From Catajapyx aquilonaris (Eukaryota): a stretch of 26,207 nt of DNA. Below the pieces are notes generated by a model. That model did no database searches and had not been told where the DNA came from. It was given only the letters and a program-made list of their open reading frames with translations. Where the stretch lies: positions 62,001-88,207 of the forward strand of contig KZ538281.1 of the NCBI GenBank assembly GCA_000934665.2, in the 5' to 3' direction. A program made the translations under genes and the position numbers. Shown here piece by piece: positions 8,612 through 19,050 of the stretch (position 1 is the stretch's first letter; every line of letters starts with the position of its first letter).

Positions 8612-11600
8612 TCATTCATCAATATAATCATTCTTCTTCCCCATTCTATTCGAACCATAGAGTCCTCTGTAGCCAACCCAACGATCAAAAGTGAACCCCG
8701 GAACCAGGAAGATGTTCTCCAGAATAAACTAGAGAAAAAAAAGGAGAGACGAAATCATCAATTTTACCTAAACAAACATTTATATGAATACACGTACCCT
8801 GATAGCTTGTGCCCACGATGTCGTGGCCAATTCCATGACTGGCAGAGATATCGTCAGAAGACACAACTTCTGTATACCTTTCTCCACCGAATACTCGTCC
8901 ATTTCAGAGAGATGGTACAGATTGTCCAAAGCCCTGTTCACATTGGGAGTGTCCGCCGCGTTCAGGTCTTCTGCCTGCTGGCAGAGGTCGACGTACCTGA
9001 TGAAGGGAATTGCGACAAAGACATTATAAGCAGTCATGCCACTCTATTCAGTATGTATGAGTTAGGTGGCATTAAACTTCTAAAGGACCTTACCAGGGAC
9101 AAGGAAAGATTGTCCTCTCTCTCAGAAACTCTGCCAGTGGCTGTTTTTTGCACGAGCTAATCATCCTGTAAGACTCCATCACGGACATGGACGGATCAAG
9201 AGTGCGCTCTAACTTTGAAGGCGGGACTGGAATGGACACAATTTAGTCAGCAGGGAGCATAATTATAGTACATAAGAGGCGCAATAAACTTCTATCGGCG
9301 CCTTTGATGTCCGCGTCTCTCTGTTTGGGGCCGTTGCCAAGGCTGGCGGCCATTTTGAAGTGGGGGCAACGCCAACGAGGTATAAATAGGGTACAGGCAA
9401 AAATAGGGTCCGCCATCTTTGATGGTTTTGGCGGCCATGTTGAAGTGTGGGCAACGCCAACGAGGTATAAATAGGGTACAGGCAAAAATATGGTCCGCCA
9501 TCTTTGATGGGTTTTGGCGGCCATGGAAACTACACGGCAAGAACACGCGCGAATCAAAGATGGCGGACCCTATTTTTGCCTGTACCCTATATTTATACGT
9601 CGTTGGCGTTGCCCCCACTTCAAAATAGCCGCCAGCCTTATTGGCAACGAGCCCCAAACAGAGAGACGCGGAAATCAAATGTTTGCGCCTCATGCTCCCT
9701 GCTGTAAAGTTAGATGGGCTTTTTTTCACGAGCGCAACCTAGTGCGCACCCAGTCTCGCGCAGCTCCATTGTTCCGACTGAAATCTGCGCGAAGTGCGAT
9801 GCGCACTCTGTTGCTGTATATAGCCTACTGACTTTTGCACTTTTGCTTGAAGGTGTTCTCCATGTTGATCTTGATCTTCCTGGCCACCCTGTTGTACTCC
9901 TTGGTCAGTCGCTGGTGCATCTCCATGAAGTCGTCTCTGGTGGACTGGGCGACGTCCGTGGCCATGACGACGCTTCCTCCGGGTATGGGCGCCGGGTCCA
10001 GCAACGTCCTCTGCCACGGTGGCTGTCGACGCTCGCCTTCCTTCGCCGGCGTCCTCTTCTCCAGGTATTGCTGGTTAGGGAACTTGCTTACCCGGCGTCC
10101 CATGCAAGCCTCTTTCGCTGACCTGGAAATTTCAGGAGATTACTATGGGAAAGCCCTTCTATAGGGCGCATGCGTGAAAAACCACTCGCTTCGCTCCAGT
10201 TTCGCTCGCGTTTTTTCTAGACCTGCGGCCTGCGGTGGACAGCACCATGTGTGTTTTTTTAATTTAAAGAGATATGGGGATGGAATTTTCGTCCCACTGC
10301 TACTTACTGCTAATTTAGAAGTAGGTCTAGCAGCAACTGCTAAGTTAGCAGTAACTATAGGAGTGGGACGAAAATTCCACCTATAATTTCGCCGCATTTA
10401 ATTATTGCAGCTGACTACCCCTTGTAGGGAAATGTCGTGATGGTGACGGTGATGATGATGATGATGGTGATGGTGATGATGATGATGATGATTAAGAAAG
10501 CAGTGGGTATACTCACTTCTCCCATACGCTGAGTTCTTTAGCGGCGATCCTGGTGATATTTTGCGTCATCAGGTTTTTTCCCATTCTATAATATGTATTT
10601 TTTAATTAATAAAAAATTGGCAATAATTGGTCGAAATTAAAAAAAAAGTTAAAACAAATAAGCAGCTTACACTCGATGTTTGCTGTCGTAAATCCTCCTT
10701 AATACGCGAAAATAGTTTGATGCCTTGAGCGACTTCACCACTTCTGGTTTCATAATTTTCTGCGATAAGAAACGATTGTCAAATAATATTAATTTCTCAT
10801 TATTTTGATATACAACATAGGGTGCTGGACATTTAATAGTATCGTACTGGTGGCGCCACCATCCGATGGCGGCGAAATAGCATATTCGTAGTCACTCCGA
10901 TTCGCTCTTTTTCCGCGCCATCGGATCGTGGCGCCACCAGTGCGACACTATTACCAGGCGACATACATCAGAGCTCAGATGCTCCCGAGTCATGTTCAAA
11001 ATGCTGGTAAGGATCAATCTAATTGCATCCACTTTCTCCGCATAATTCTTCACACGAAGCCCGTGGTCCACTCTGCAATTAATTTTAGAACCGAGTTTAA
11101 TGACTTATTCAAACGAGCACATTAATTATTATAATTTATTATATAGAGACACACTTACTCGAACCTGTCTGTCCACTTGTCCGGTCTTAACAGTTCGGAC
11201 TCTTGTCCAGGCAAACTCTCCCTGCTCCTATTTTCTCTCATCCTAAGTGCCTTTCCCTCATTCGACAATTCAGGATAGTGACGCTTTAAAGCCGTTAAAT
11301 AGCTTTTACGCGCCTTGGTTTCTGCAAAAAAAAAATCGCAATTGTCTCTACAAAAATCGGAAGAAAAACTTTTTTTCTCCCGAGCCCTTCATTTTTAACC
11401 CTCTTGTAGCCTATGGTGTCTATACTTCCACACCATCTAGCGGGAGGTATAGTCACGTGAATGGGTGAGTTCGCAACTTCCACGCCAGACAGGCTCTCAA
11501 AATCGAGTTCTTTACCTCATAAAGCCTATTCTTTTTTAAAAAATTATTTTTTAAAAAATTAGTTTTACGTTTGTAAAGTGTCTCAGATATTTCCAGAAGC

Positions 11601-12022
11601 TCCTGGATCGCCTGCAATCCTCCCATATTGTTGAATACATCCTCAGGCAATATTCCGAGGGTGAATTTCTGAGATCCTGGAGGTGCTAAGACCAGAGGCC
11701 TCTCCTCGTCGAAGTCCCCGTACACAGCCCTCAGTTGACGTCGAAATGTCTCTCTCATCCTACGAAGACGTCTCGCTTCCTTCTGACGAACTTGATTCTG
11801 TGCAGCCATTTTGGCTTCCTTCTCGAGAAATTCATTCCGTACAATCTTTTTCTTCTCCTTAATTAAAAAAAAACACACATCATTTCGCATTCTTGATAAA
11901 AACAGGCACAATTATAAAGTAAGCCCCCATAGAGAGAGAGAGAAAAAAAATGCATGTGGTGTTGAGAATGAGCAATTAGATTAATATTATTATATGCTAT
12001 ATATTAGTAAAATACTTGCCAT
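8612..12022 (-). CDS. Unassigned protein X2 (485 aa); exons 12022-12020, 11857-11569, 11321-11159, 11072-10967, 10759-10671, 10585-10517, 10122-9833, 9226-9094, 8996-8798, 8728-8612
   Basis: All ten exons join in phase without stops (1458 nt); several strong donors (GTAAGT, GTATGT, GTAAGC, GTGAGT, GTAAGG); AATAAA after the stop (8587-8582); 106-, 133- and 199-nt exons have the same lengths as in X1. Confidence 0.78.
9248..9704. mobile_element. Non-autonomous foldback/MITE-like DNA element in an X2 intron
   Basis: Termini CAGCAGGGAGCAT / ATGCTCCCTGCTG; long internal inverted arms; an 85-bp unit is tandemly duplicated at 9345 and 9430; no clean TSD seen. Confidence 0.8.
9734..9814. repeat. Imperfect inverted repeat (degenerate MITE-like hairpin)
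   Basis: GCAACCTAGTGCGCACCCAGTCTCGCGCAG pairs imperfectly with CTGCGCGAAGTGCGATGCGCACTCTGTTGC. Confidence 0.5.
10281..10379. mobile_element. Palindromic MITE-like element in an X2 intron
   Basis: TGGAATTTTCGTCCCACT...TTACTGCTAA / TTAGCAGTAA...AGTGGGACGAAAATTCCA inverted arms. Confidence 0.65.
10438..10492. repeat. Imperfect (GAT)n microsatellite
   Basis: GAT/GGT run seen directly, intronic in X2. Confidence 0.9.
10834..10953. mobile_element. ~120-bp palindromic MITE-like element (possible TA target site) in an X2 intron
   Basis: TAATAGTATCGTACTGGTGGCGCCACCATCCGATGGCG / CGCCATCGGATCGTGGCGCCACCAGTGCGACACTATTA. Confidence 0.72.
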
Positions 12023-12536
12023 CTCTTATAACTAATGTAGACTAATTAAACGCAGATATTCTGTTACTGACAAACGGTACCAGACGTTCAAAGCCTGGTT
12101 CAAAGCCAGTAAACAGAATGCCGTTGCCTGGAATCACCAGAATTTCCATAGCAGCCATTGTAATGATGATGATGAATTGATGATGATTACTTTTTGAACA
12201 AATTCTTCCTCTAACTTTGCACAATAAACTTTCGTGGGTTCTTATAGGTATCTTCCATGGCGTTTTATTTCTATGCTTCAAAAAAGGTATTGTTTGAAAT
12301 AAAACGCCATTATAGGTTGATCTAATCATTTTTAATGATGAAATCTTATTTTACAACTGAGAATGCTCTGAGTTTAACGAGAAAATCCAAAGTGTACTTG
12401 AAACGATGCTCAGTAACAAACAGAAGCTTACAAAAAAAAAACAACTCTGTGGCAGCAGCACAAAGTTCACAACCTCATCTTTTCATTTCAATTAATTAAG
12501 TCGACATTTTAATCCAGATTAACTTTCTGTTTTTGA

Positions 12537-12906
12537 TCAGTTGCTCTCTGCAGCAGGAGTGAGGCTGCTGGGAATGATGGATGCTGCGTTATCATTGATG
12601 GCCTTCTCCAAGCAGTCCACCAGGATCATCTGTATGGCACCCTTCATGTTGCCACCGTCTCCTTTCTTATCGCATCCTTGGTCCTTGGGAAGCTGTTTCT
12701 CGCCTGCATCTGAAAAAAAGATAACGATAGGTAATATGATACGCAGCTTGACCTTCAGAAGAAGGAGACAACGAATGCTGTACTGTACCGTCAGTCTTTT
12801 GTGGACATGGCTGATGTTGTTGCTCCTTCTGGTCAATAAACATCATTTGGCCAAGGTCCAACAAGATGTTGGCCACTTCCACCTCCTTCTCATTCCACAA
12901 TGCCAT
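12537..12906 (-). CDS. Small unassigned protein (~96 aa); exons 12906-12789, 12709-12537
   Basis: Acceptor TCTTGTAG just upstream of the ATG; MALWNEKEVEVANILLDLGQ...KTD joined through a 79-nt phase-1 intron to DAGEKQLPK...MKGAIQMILVDCLEKAINDN...ESN*. Confidence 0.5.
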
Positions 12907-13591
12907 GGTTCCTACAAGACCACACCCAAAAAAAAAACAATCTCATTCAGTTCGGAGAGATAAACTTTATAGATAAACTTACAGAAGGAAGGAGATGCGT
13001 ATACGAGCGGATTCTGAGAATTACTCAAAGACACTAAAACGACAACACAGTGTGGTGCAAACAAGTAACGCAAAGAATGTGTGCCTAACTATTAATGAGA
13101 AAAATTGCACAGAATCTTCAGATGGAATGTTTCCAAAACATATACTATTGTTTCGGTACACAACGTGTGACAAACAGATGTTTCCTCCACCGAAGCTTTG
13201 CACTAATCAAGGACGCGTGTACTTACACTCGACAATTATTAATCCCATGCAAAAATTTTGCAACATAAGGACACAGTGTGGACTGTTTCACTCTCAGAAG
13301 CTTCAAAGAGTCTTGAGAAATCCTTGCAATTTTTTTTTTACTGAAGTTCCCATCAAGTAGGTGACTCAGGATATGTAACATATATGTGTTGCCTATTAAT
13401 GTACTGATAACCTGAGACATCATGTACTGCAAAAAATAGTGTCGCTTTTCTTTCTCACCCGGCGCGGTTTCATGTGGATCATATGGCCACAGGTCGAATA
13501 ATAATGAGAGATTAAACCTATCATAAAAAAAGAGGAAATGACTCATCCCATATCTATTAACCTTGCCTCCAGGGGTCTAACTAGACATCCA

Positions 13592-13661
13592 TGTGGGTTA
13601 ATGTCATTTATGCTTTTTAAGGCCATGGTCTTAAAAAAGCATTAAATGACATTAATCCACA
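13592..13661. repeat. 70-bp near-perfect AT-rich hairpin
   Basis: TGTGGGTTAATGTCATTTATGCTTTTTAAGGCCA / TGGTCTTAAAAAAGCATTAAATGACATTAATCCACA. Confidence 0.85.
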
Positions 13662-14248
13662 AATTGTTCGAAAGAAAAATTCGACTTGAGTTCGCAATGG
13701 TTGAAATTTGCAGATGATGCTGCTCTCGAATATATATATTTTTAAATAAAATACAATATCGAATACCCTTTAATGATGCTTGATTATCTCATTTATACTT
13801 ACAGAAATTAATTAGATTGATCCGACAGCCTATCTTAGGATTTGGAGGCACAAATTTTTTTATAAGAGAAAATCAACCTAAGGAAAACGTTCCAAATTTG
13901 CCTCCCAATTTGAGCAGGATGTGCCAACCTCAAAATAAACAACTTTAAAAATCGGTTTAAAAAAAATTAGAACCATATTAAAGTCGTGCAATTTAATCGT
14001 ACTTTTTTTTACAAATATGATTTTTTTTAAAATTAATTGTATCCTTACAGTGCAGTTGGCATGATTGTTGGAATGTTTCAGGTCATTGACCTCCAGATCT
14101 TTCATATATATTTTTTTGGAACTAATTATAATAAATTAATTGTTTTCCTTGTGGTAGCCAAGTAACGCGAAAAAATGCGCTCTAAATAGTTTTTTTGATA
14201 TAGATTTTGATACAGTTTTGAATAGTTTTTCCTGTGAAAAAATAAGAA

Positions 14249-17200
14249 ATGGAAGGTAAAAGAAGAACTACCATTGACAACGACGGCAGGTCCAGAAGCC
14301 TCGCCATTTCATCTCAACAACACGAGATGATTCCCTTTCAGAACAATAAGCCTCTGCACAACTTCCACATGGACTATCTTCACAGAAGGTATGTATATAA
14401 TAATGTTCTAATAATATCATTGTTGACCATCAAGCAGTCGATGGCACACTTTATAATAATAATTACAACAACAACAACAAGTCAATTGATTATTTCTTTT
14501 TTCCAGCGTCAGCCTGGAAGGAAAGAGGCTGCCTCGACAACCTCCACCAGATCCTCTGCAAAAGTACAGGATGAATTACCCAAGCATCATGCGCATACAC
14601 TTCAAAGAAACCCAAAAGTACGACACTCAAAGTTCCCAAGTAGCACGAATCGCCCTGGAATATCCCATGGATATCCAGATATCCACTGGATATTTGGATA
14701 TCCATGGGATATTCCAGGGTGATTCGTGCTACTTGGGTTGGGACAAAATTAGAGAACATAATGTGTCAGAATGGTTTAATTGCATATTTTTTTAACAAAT
14801 TAAATGTGTGACAAATTGTGCATTATTTTGTCTCTGTCTGCAGGAAGAAGAAACCGGTCGTCGAGCCCTGGAATCCTTTTTTTAACAAACAACAGGCGAA
14901 AGATGAGACGATTCATCCCAAGATCGTTCGTCACACCAAATCTCTGGGGCCAAAGTAAGAATACTCAAAACATATACAGATCAAAAAAGTGTGCAAATAC
15001 ATATATGAATCGCAAGCCAACAACATTTTGTACACTAACAAAATTCCAACATTATAGTTGAACATTGTTCATTTTCTCTCACTGTTTGTTTGTTCGTAGA
15101 ATAACGAGATATTCAGCTCCGACCACTTCTAAGAGACTACCAAGGGTGAAGGAAGCGTATGCAGCAAACGCCGGGATCAACCTACATCTGCAGAGCACTG
15201 CGGAAGTTCCGACTTATGATGGTCAGCGTAGGATGCCCAGCAAAGATAATAGGTATCATATTGTACAGGGTGTCTCTTTAACTATAAACCAGCGTTTGGT
15301 TTCAAAAATCAAAATGTCCCAACCAGCAGCAATGAGCGGTATATAGACAATTTCAAGAACAATGGTTGTGATCAACCTTTTTAAAAAAAAAGAGACATCT
15401 CTTTTGCAGAGAGAAGTCCAGGAACGACACTCGTCTTCCGATGAAGAGTCCAGCCAACAAGGGCATGATGGTTCGAGGCAATTGCATCATCAACCAGGCT
15501 CCAAGTTGCAAAATCAGCTTCACGCAGCTTCCGAGCAACCCGTCCTCGTAAGTGCCAAAAATATATATATATTGGCGAAAAAAATTACCACTGCGTTTTT
15601 TTTTCCCCCCAAATTTTCTTAACAGAGGTTCTGTCTCAGTGGACAGCATGTGCTCAACCAGCACGGACTCGTCGTCAGATCATGATGTGCGGGTTACCAA
15701 GCGACGTAATTACGAACGTCGTGGTACCTACTTGCGTTACAGCGCCCAACGCCTTGGGTCGAGGGAAAGGTATAACTTTACCGATGGCGTTTAACAAAAC
15801 GCACACAAGTTTTTCCACACCTCACCGACCATCATTTTTCCAGGAATCGCGAGACGGCGAAGATCAAGAAGAAGCGAAAGCATAAGCGCAATAAGGTGAA
15901 GGACATGAAGTCCGTGTATGTCCAGACAATGTCCCGGACGACAAATAAGACCAGGTACGCACTCCACGACTAATTAATTCGAGTCATTACTCAATCGAGA
16001 TAATTATCATGCGATGTGCCTTTTTTTTTTCCTTCCTTATTTAGTAGGACAGAGGCCCAGGTAGAGCGTACTAGAGCTCCAGCACCACGGTATCAAACCC
16101 CTGCTTACATCTGGAACCAGCCGGCCAACATGTAAGTGTTTTACTATTTTTAAAAAAAAAAATACAAACAAACAAACAAACAAAACAGGCTGATCTGTAC
16201 TACTCGGCGAAACGGCGGGAGTTGGGGTGGAGGCGAGGGCGACTTGAGCGAGCACGAATCTGTTGGCGTATCTGTATGGCTTTCGCAGACCGCATCGGTA
16301 CTGTCGCTCTTTGTGGTCCCGCCAGGCAATGTCCGTCCATTAGCCCGATAATTTCAATTAATTTCAGAGCTGGGCGCTTTTACGTGTGTGTGTGTGAATA
16401 ATGTATGCGTATGTGTGACGCCCTAGTGCATCTCTCCGGGGGCAAAGCCACAATAACGTTCGTTGGGACAGTCAGTCACACGTTGACTCATTGGTAACAT
16501 AGTTATAGCTTTCCACGCTCGGGAAGGACAACTATGCAAATGTTGAAATGTATACATGCACCTAGGCGATGAGTCAACGTGTGTAGGGTCAGAGTCACGT
16601 CCAGCTAATTCTGCGTATGATGTTATACGCTATCGGCAAAATGGGCCAACACTGCCCGGTTCGCCACAAAACGCACAGTGCATTTTATGGGGTTACTATA
16701 TAAAATTTTGTGGCGCAGCATCCAACGAACGTTGTTGTGGCTTCGCCATGGCGAGATGTACTTGGGATGTCACATGTTGCATAACTGTTTCGCTTCAGGT
16801 CGAGGGATGGAACAGGCTGGAGTCCTGCACCCGACACTGCCGTCGGAATAGCCACTGCTCGCCGGCAACTGATGGCCCCCAACAAGCTGGTGGCCACGAT
16901 GAGGAGGGAGAACCTGGAGCTCTCGAGGAAACTGAATAAAATGAAAGCGGATGTCTACAAAACGGTACGGTTTGATGCTGTAACATAGATTGGTACTTTC
17001 ATTATTATACCATACCGTATTGACCTCTTCAGACGACCAACTCCCACATATTGAGGATGCAGATCTCGAGGGCCAAGGAGGTTCGAGCCAACGCAGGAGT
17101 CACATCTCGAACCCTGGCCAGGAAGCTGGAGGACGAGATGGCTGCAATCGCCAGGCTGAAGAAGGACATCAAGCAGAGGAACGTCACCTTGGAAGTCGTC

Positions 17201-17489
17201 AAGAAGGTACGGTATGAAAAAATAACCTATAGAAGTACGTTCTTCATGTTCTTCTCAATGTATCCAGGAGGTGCTGAACGTGAAGAAGGCGATCAGGGAT
17301 GAATGGGCCACCAGCAAGATGTTCAAGGAGGCTGTCCAGGAGGTCCTGTACGAGGCAGCTAGATGGGACTCGTACAACAGGTCTTGCGTCCAGAATTGGC
17401 TTAACCAGGATATGCTGGCTAGGTTCATCGCTAAGAACAGTGAGGACACTCAGAAGCTCATCAGCTACAGGAATAAGGCTCCCAACTAA
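14249..17489 (+). CDS. Unassigned 518-aa protein D (basic, low-complexity N-terminal two-thirds; helical/coiled-coil C-terminus); exons 14249-14388, 14507-14617, 14844-14954, 15100-15252, 15410-15547, 15626-15769, 15844-15954, 16045-16131, 16799-16964, 17033-17206, 17268-17489
   Basis: Eleven GT-AG-bounded exons join in phase without stops (1557 nt); basic tract KIKKKRKHKRNK; heptad-like C-terminus (RRENLELSRKLNKMK, ARKLEDEMAAIARLKKDIKQRN). Confidence 0.75.
14635..14737. mobile_element. 103-bp fully palindromic MITE with CCC...GGG termini and TT target-site duplication (CMC/EnSpm-like)
   Basis: Two 51-bp arms around 1 nt, with 2 mismatches; TT on both flanks (14633-14634, 14738-14739). The superfamily call is inferred from the termini and 2-bp TSD. 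Confidence 0.85.
16414..16774. mobile_element. ~360-bp TIR element in intron 8 of gene D
   Basis: ~54-bp imperfect TIRs (TGTGACGCCCTAGTGCATCTC...GCCACAATAACGTTCGTTGG / CCAACGAACGTTGTTGTGGC...GAGATGTACTTGGGATGTCACA) plus a perfect internal 15-bp inverted repeat (16477-16491 / 16569-16583). Confidence 0.72.
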
Positions 17490-17761
17490 TGTCGTTGGAT
17501 GCGGTTAATTCACACCATGTCATACGGAAGACAATTAAAAAACAAATTTCAAGTGTCGACATGTGTTAAGAACTTTGGGGGGCGGCAACAGTTGAATTGA
17601 GCGCTTCATGTCAAATGCTGACAATTTTTTTTTACTTGGGGGGGGAAATTGTCTTATGCATTTGACAGTGTATTTTCCCATCATGCATTGTGGTCCTGAA
17701 ACTTGGAAATTGGGAGTTTCCATCCCTTTTGCTTCCTGCCTTAGATTGCAAGAAGACGACA

Positions 17762-18618
17762 ATGGACAAGGCTGCTGAGAGTGGTAGGTACGCCAGCGTG
17801 TCTTCATACATACCGGTATGTGAACATTGGTGTTTTTCCAGTGGGTGATGACGGACAGGGTGTGACAGCCATTGTCGACGATGGGCCGTTGAAGGAACGG
17901 TGTGGTTCTGACGACTCATCAGCTGGTCAGGCTAGTGATGGTTCAGGCGCCTCCGACGTCTCTCCTGAAGATGCGACGACCTGCGCTCGTGCCGTCTCAA
18001 GATCAGATCTTCATCTTTCAATCGACGATGGACCTTTCATCAGACCAGGAGACAGGTACGGCATGGCGACTCTATAAGAAAAGCAGTATTGTAGTAACGA
18101 TTATTCTACAGGATGTTTACCAATTGGTCATTCTGCGTTGGATGTGAATCTCATTTTGAGAGGACGGACAATCCCGAGCAGACCAAGTGTCCTGATTGTG
18201 TCGATGGAGTACCAAGTGGTGAGTACCGCACCGTACTATTAGTACGGATGAGCATAATTAAGTATGAGTGCTTTCAGTTGAATTGCCATCTGCCGTGGAA
18301 AGGCCTAGCCGCCAGGACTTTCCAGAGAGGTTGCGTCTTGATGCTATCGGTCCGTCTGACAGCATTGTACCGTACCAGACTAGCATGGGCACCATTTATC
18401 TTCCAGCCGAGTTCGTCGGAGAAGAACCGCCATCTGCAGCCATGGGACAACCTGCGCAGATCAGAAAGCGGAGGGTGGAAACATCTGCTGACCCACCAGA
18501 TGACCCGGAGTCAAAGAGGTCAGCCGCTGATGGCACGACCCAAGATGTTGGAAACGACACAAACGGCGATGTTGACACTGCCAGCAGTTCAAGCAACGAT
18601 GCTCCTACGCAGGAATGA
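17762..18618 (+). CDS. Unassigned acidic 227-aa protein E with a C4 zinc-ribbon-like motif; exons 17762-17783, 17842-18055, 18112-18218, 18278-18618
   Basis: Three 56-59 nt GT-AG introns in compatible phases (1,2,1); CVGC-x14-CPDC; basic RKRR; AATAAA at ~18675. Confidence 0.75.
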
Positions 18619-19050
18619 ATTTTAAATCGGGTTTTAAAAAGTTGTCGACTGTGGCACGCGGGCTGGTTTCTGGAAATAAACAGATTTTTTTGAGAAATGG
18701 ATGAAATTAACGTTGGAAAGAAACTGTAGAAAATGTCAAGAAATAAATTAAATTTTATTATTAAGCATATAAATGGAGCATGTAATAGTCACACACGGAC
18801 AGTGACTTGTTTACTAACATAACATTACATCAGAAGCTCTGCGACTTATCATTCGGACTGACGTCAAACAATCATTTAAAATTTAGCCAAACCAATAAAA
18901 TGTTAATAATTTAAAACATGAAAGGATACTACGCTACACTTTAAAATACCAACTTTTTCACGAATCAATTACAGACCAATGTGATCCCATCCTGCAAATT
19001 GTCTGTTAAATGCGTTAACAAAATCTGTTGTCATACAGTGTAATTGGCAA

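Noticed and set aside
9243..9831. Cluster of overlapping ORFs on both strands
   Set aside because: Produced by the GC-rich inverted and tandem repeats of the foldback element; no transposase motifs
11395..11460. TTAA|CCCT piggyBac-like terminus in an X2 intron
   Set aside because: No matching AGGG|TTAA end found, so it cannot be called as an element
16189..16350. Possible alternative terminal exon of gene D
   Set aside because: Frame is open and phase-compatible, but the acceptor lacks a polypyrimidine tract (A/C-rich) and there is no other support
5700..18700. Idea that the orphan block is an endogenous virus, Polinton or large transposon
   Set aside because: No polymerase, integrase, capsid, helicase or transposase motifs recognised; genes have many spliceosomal introns; no terminal repeats bound the block
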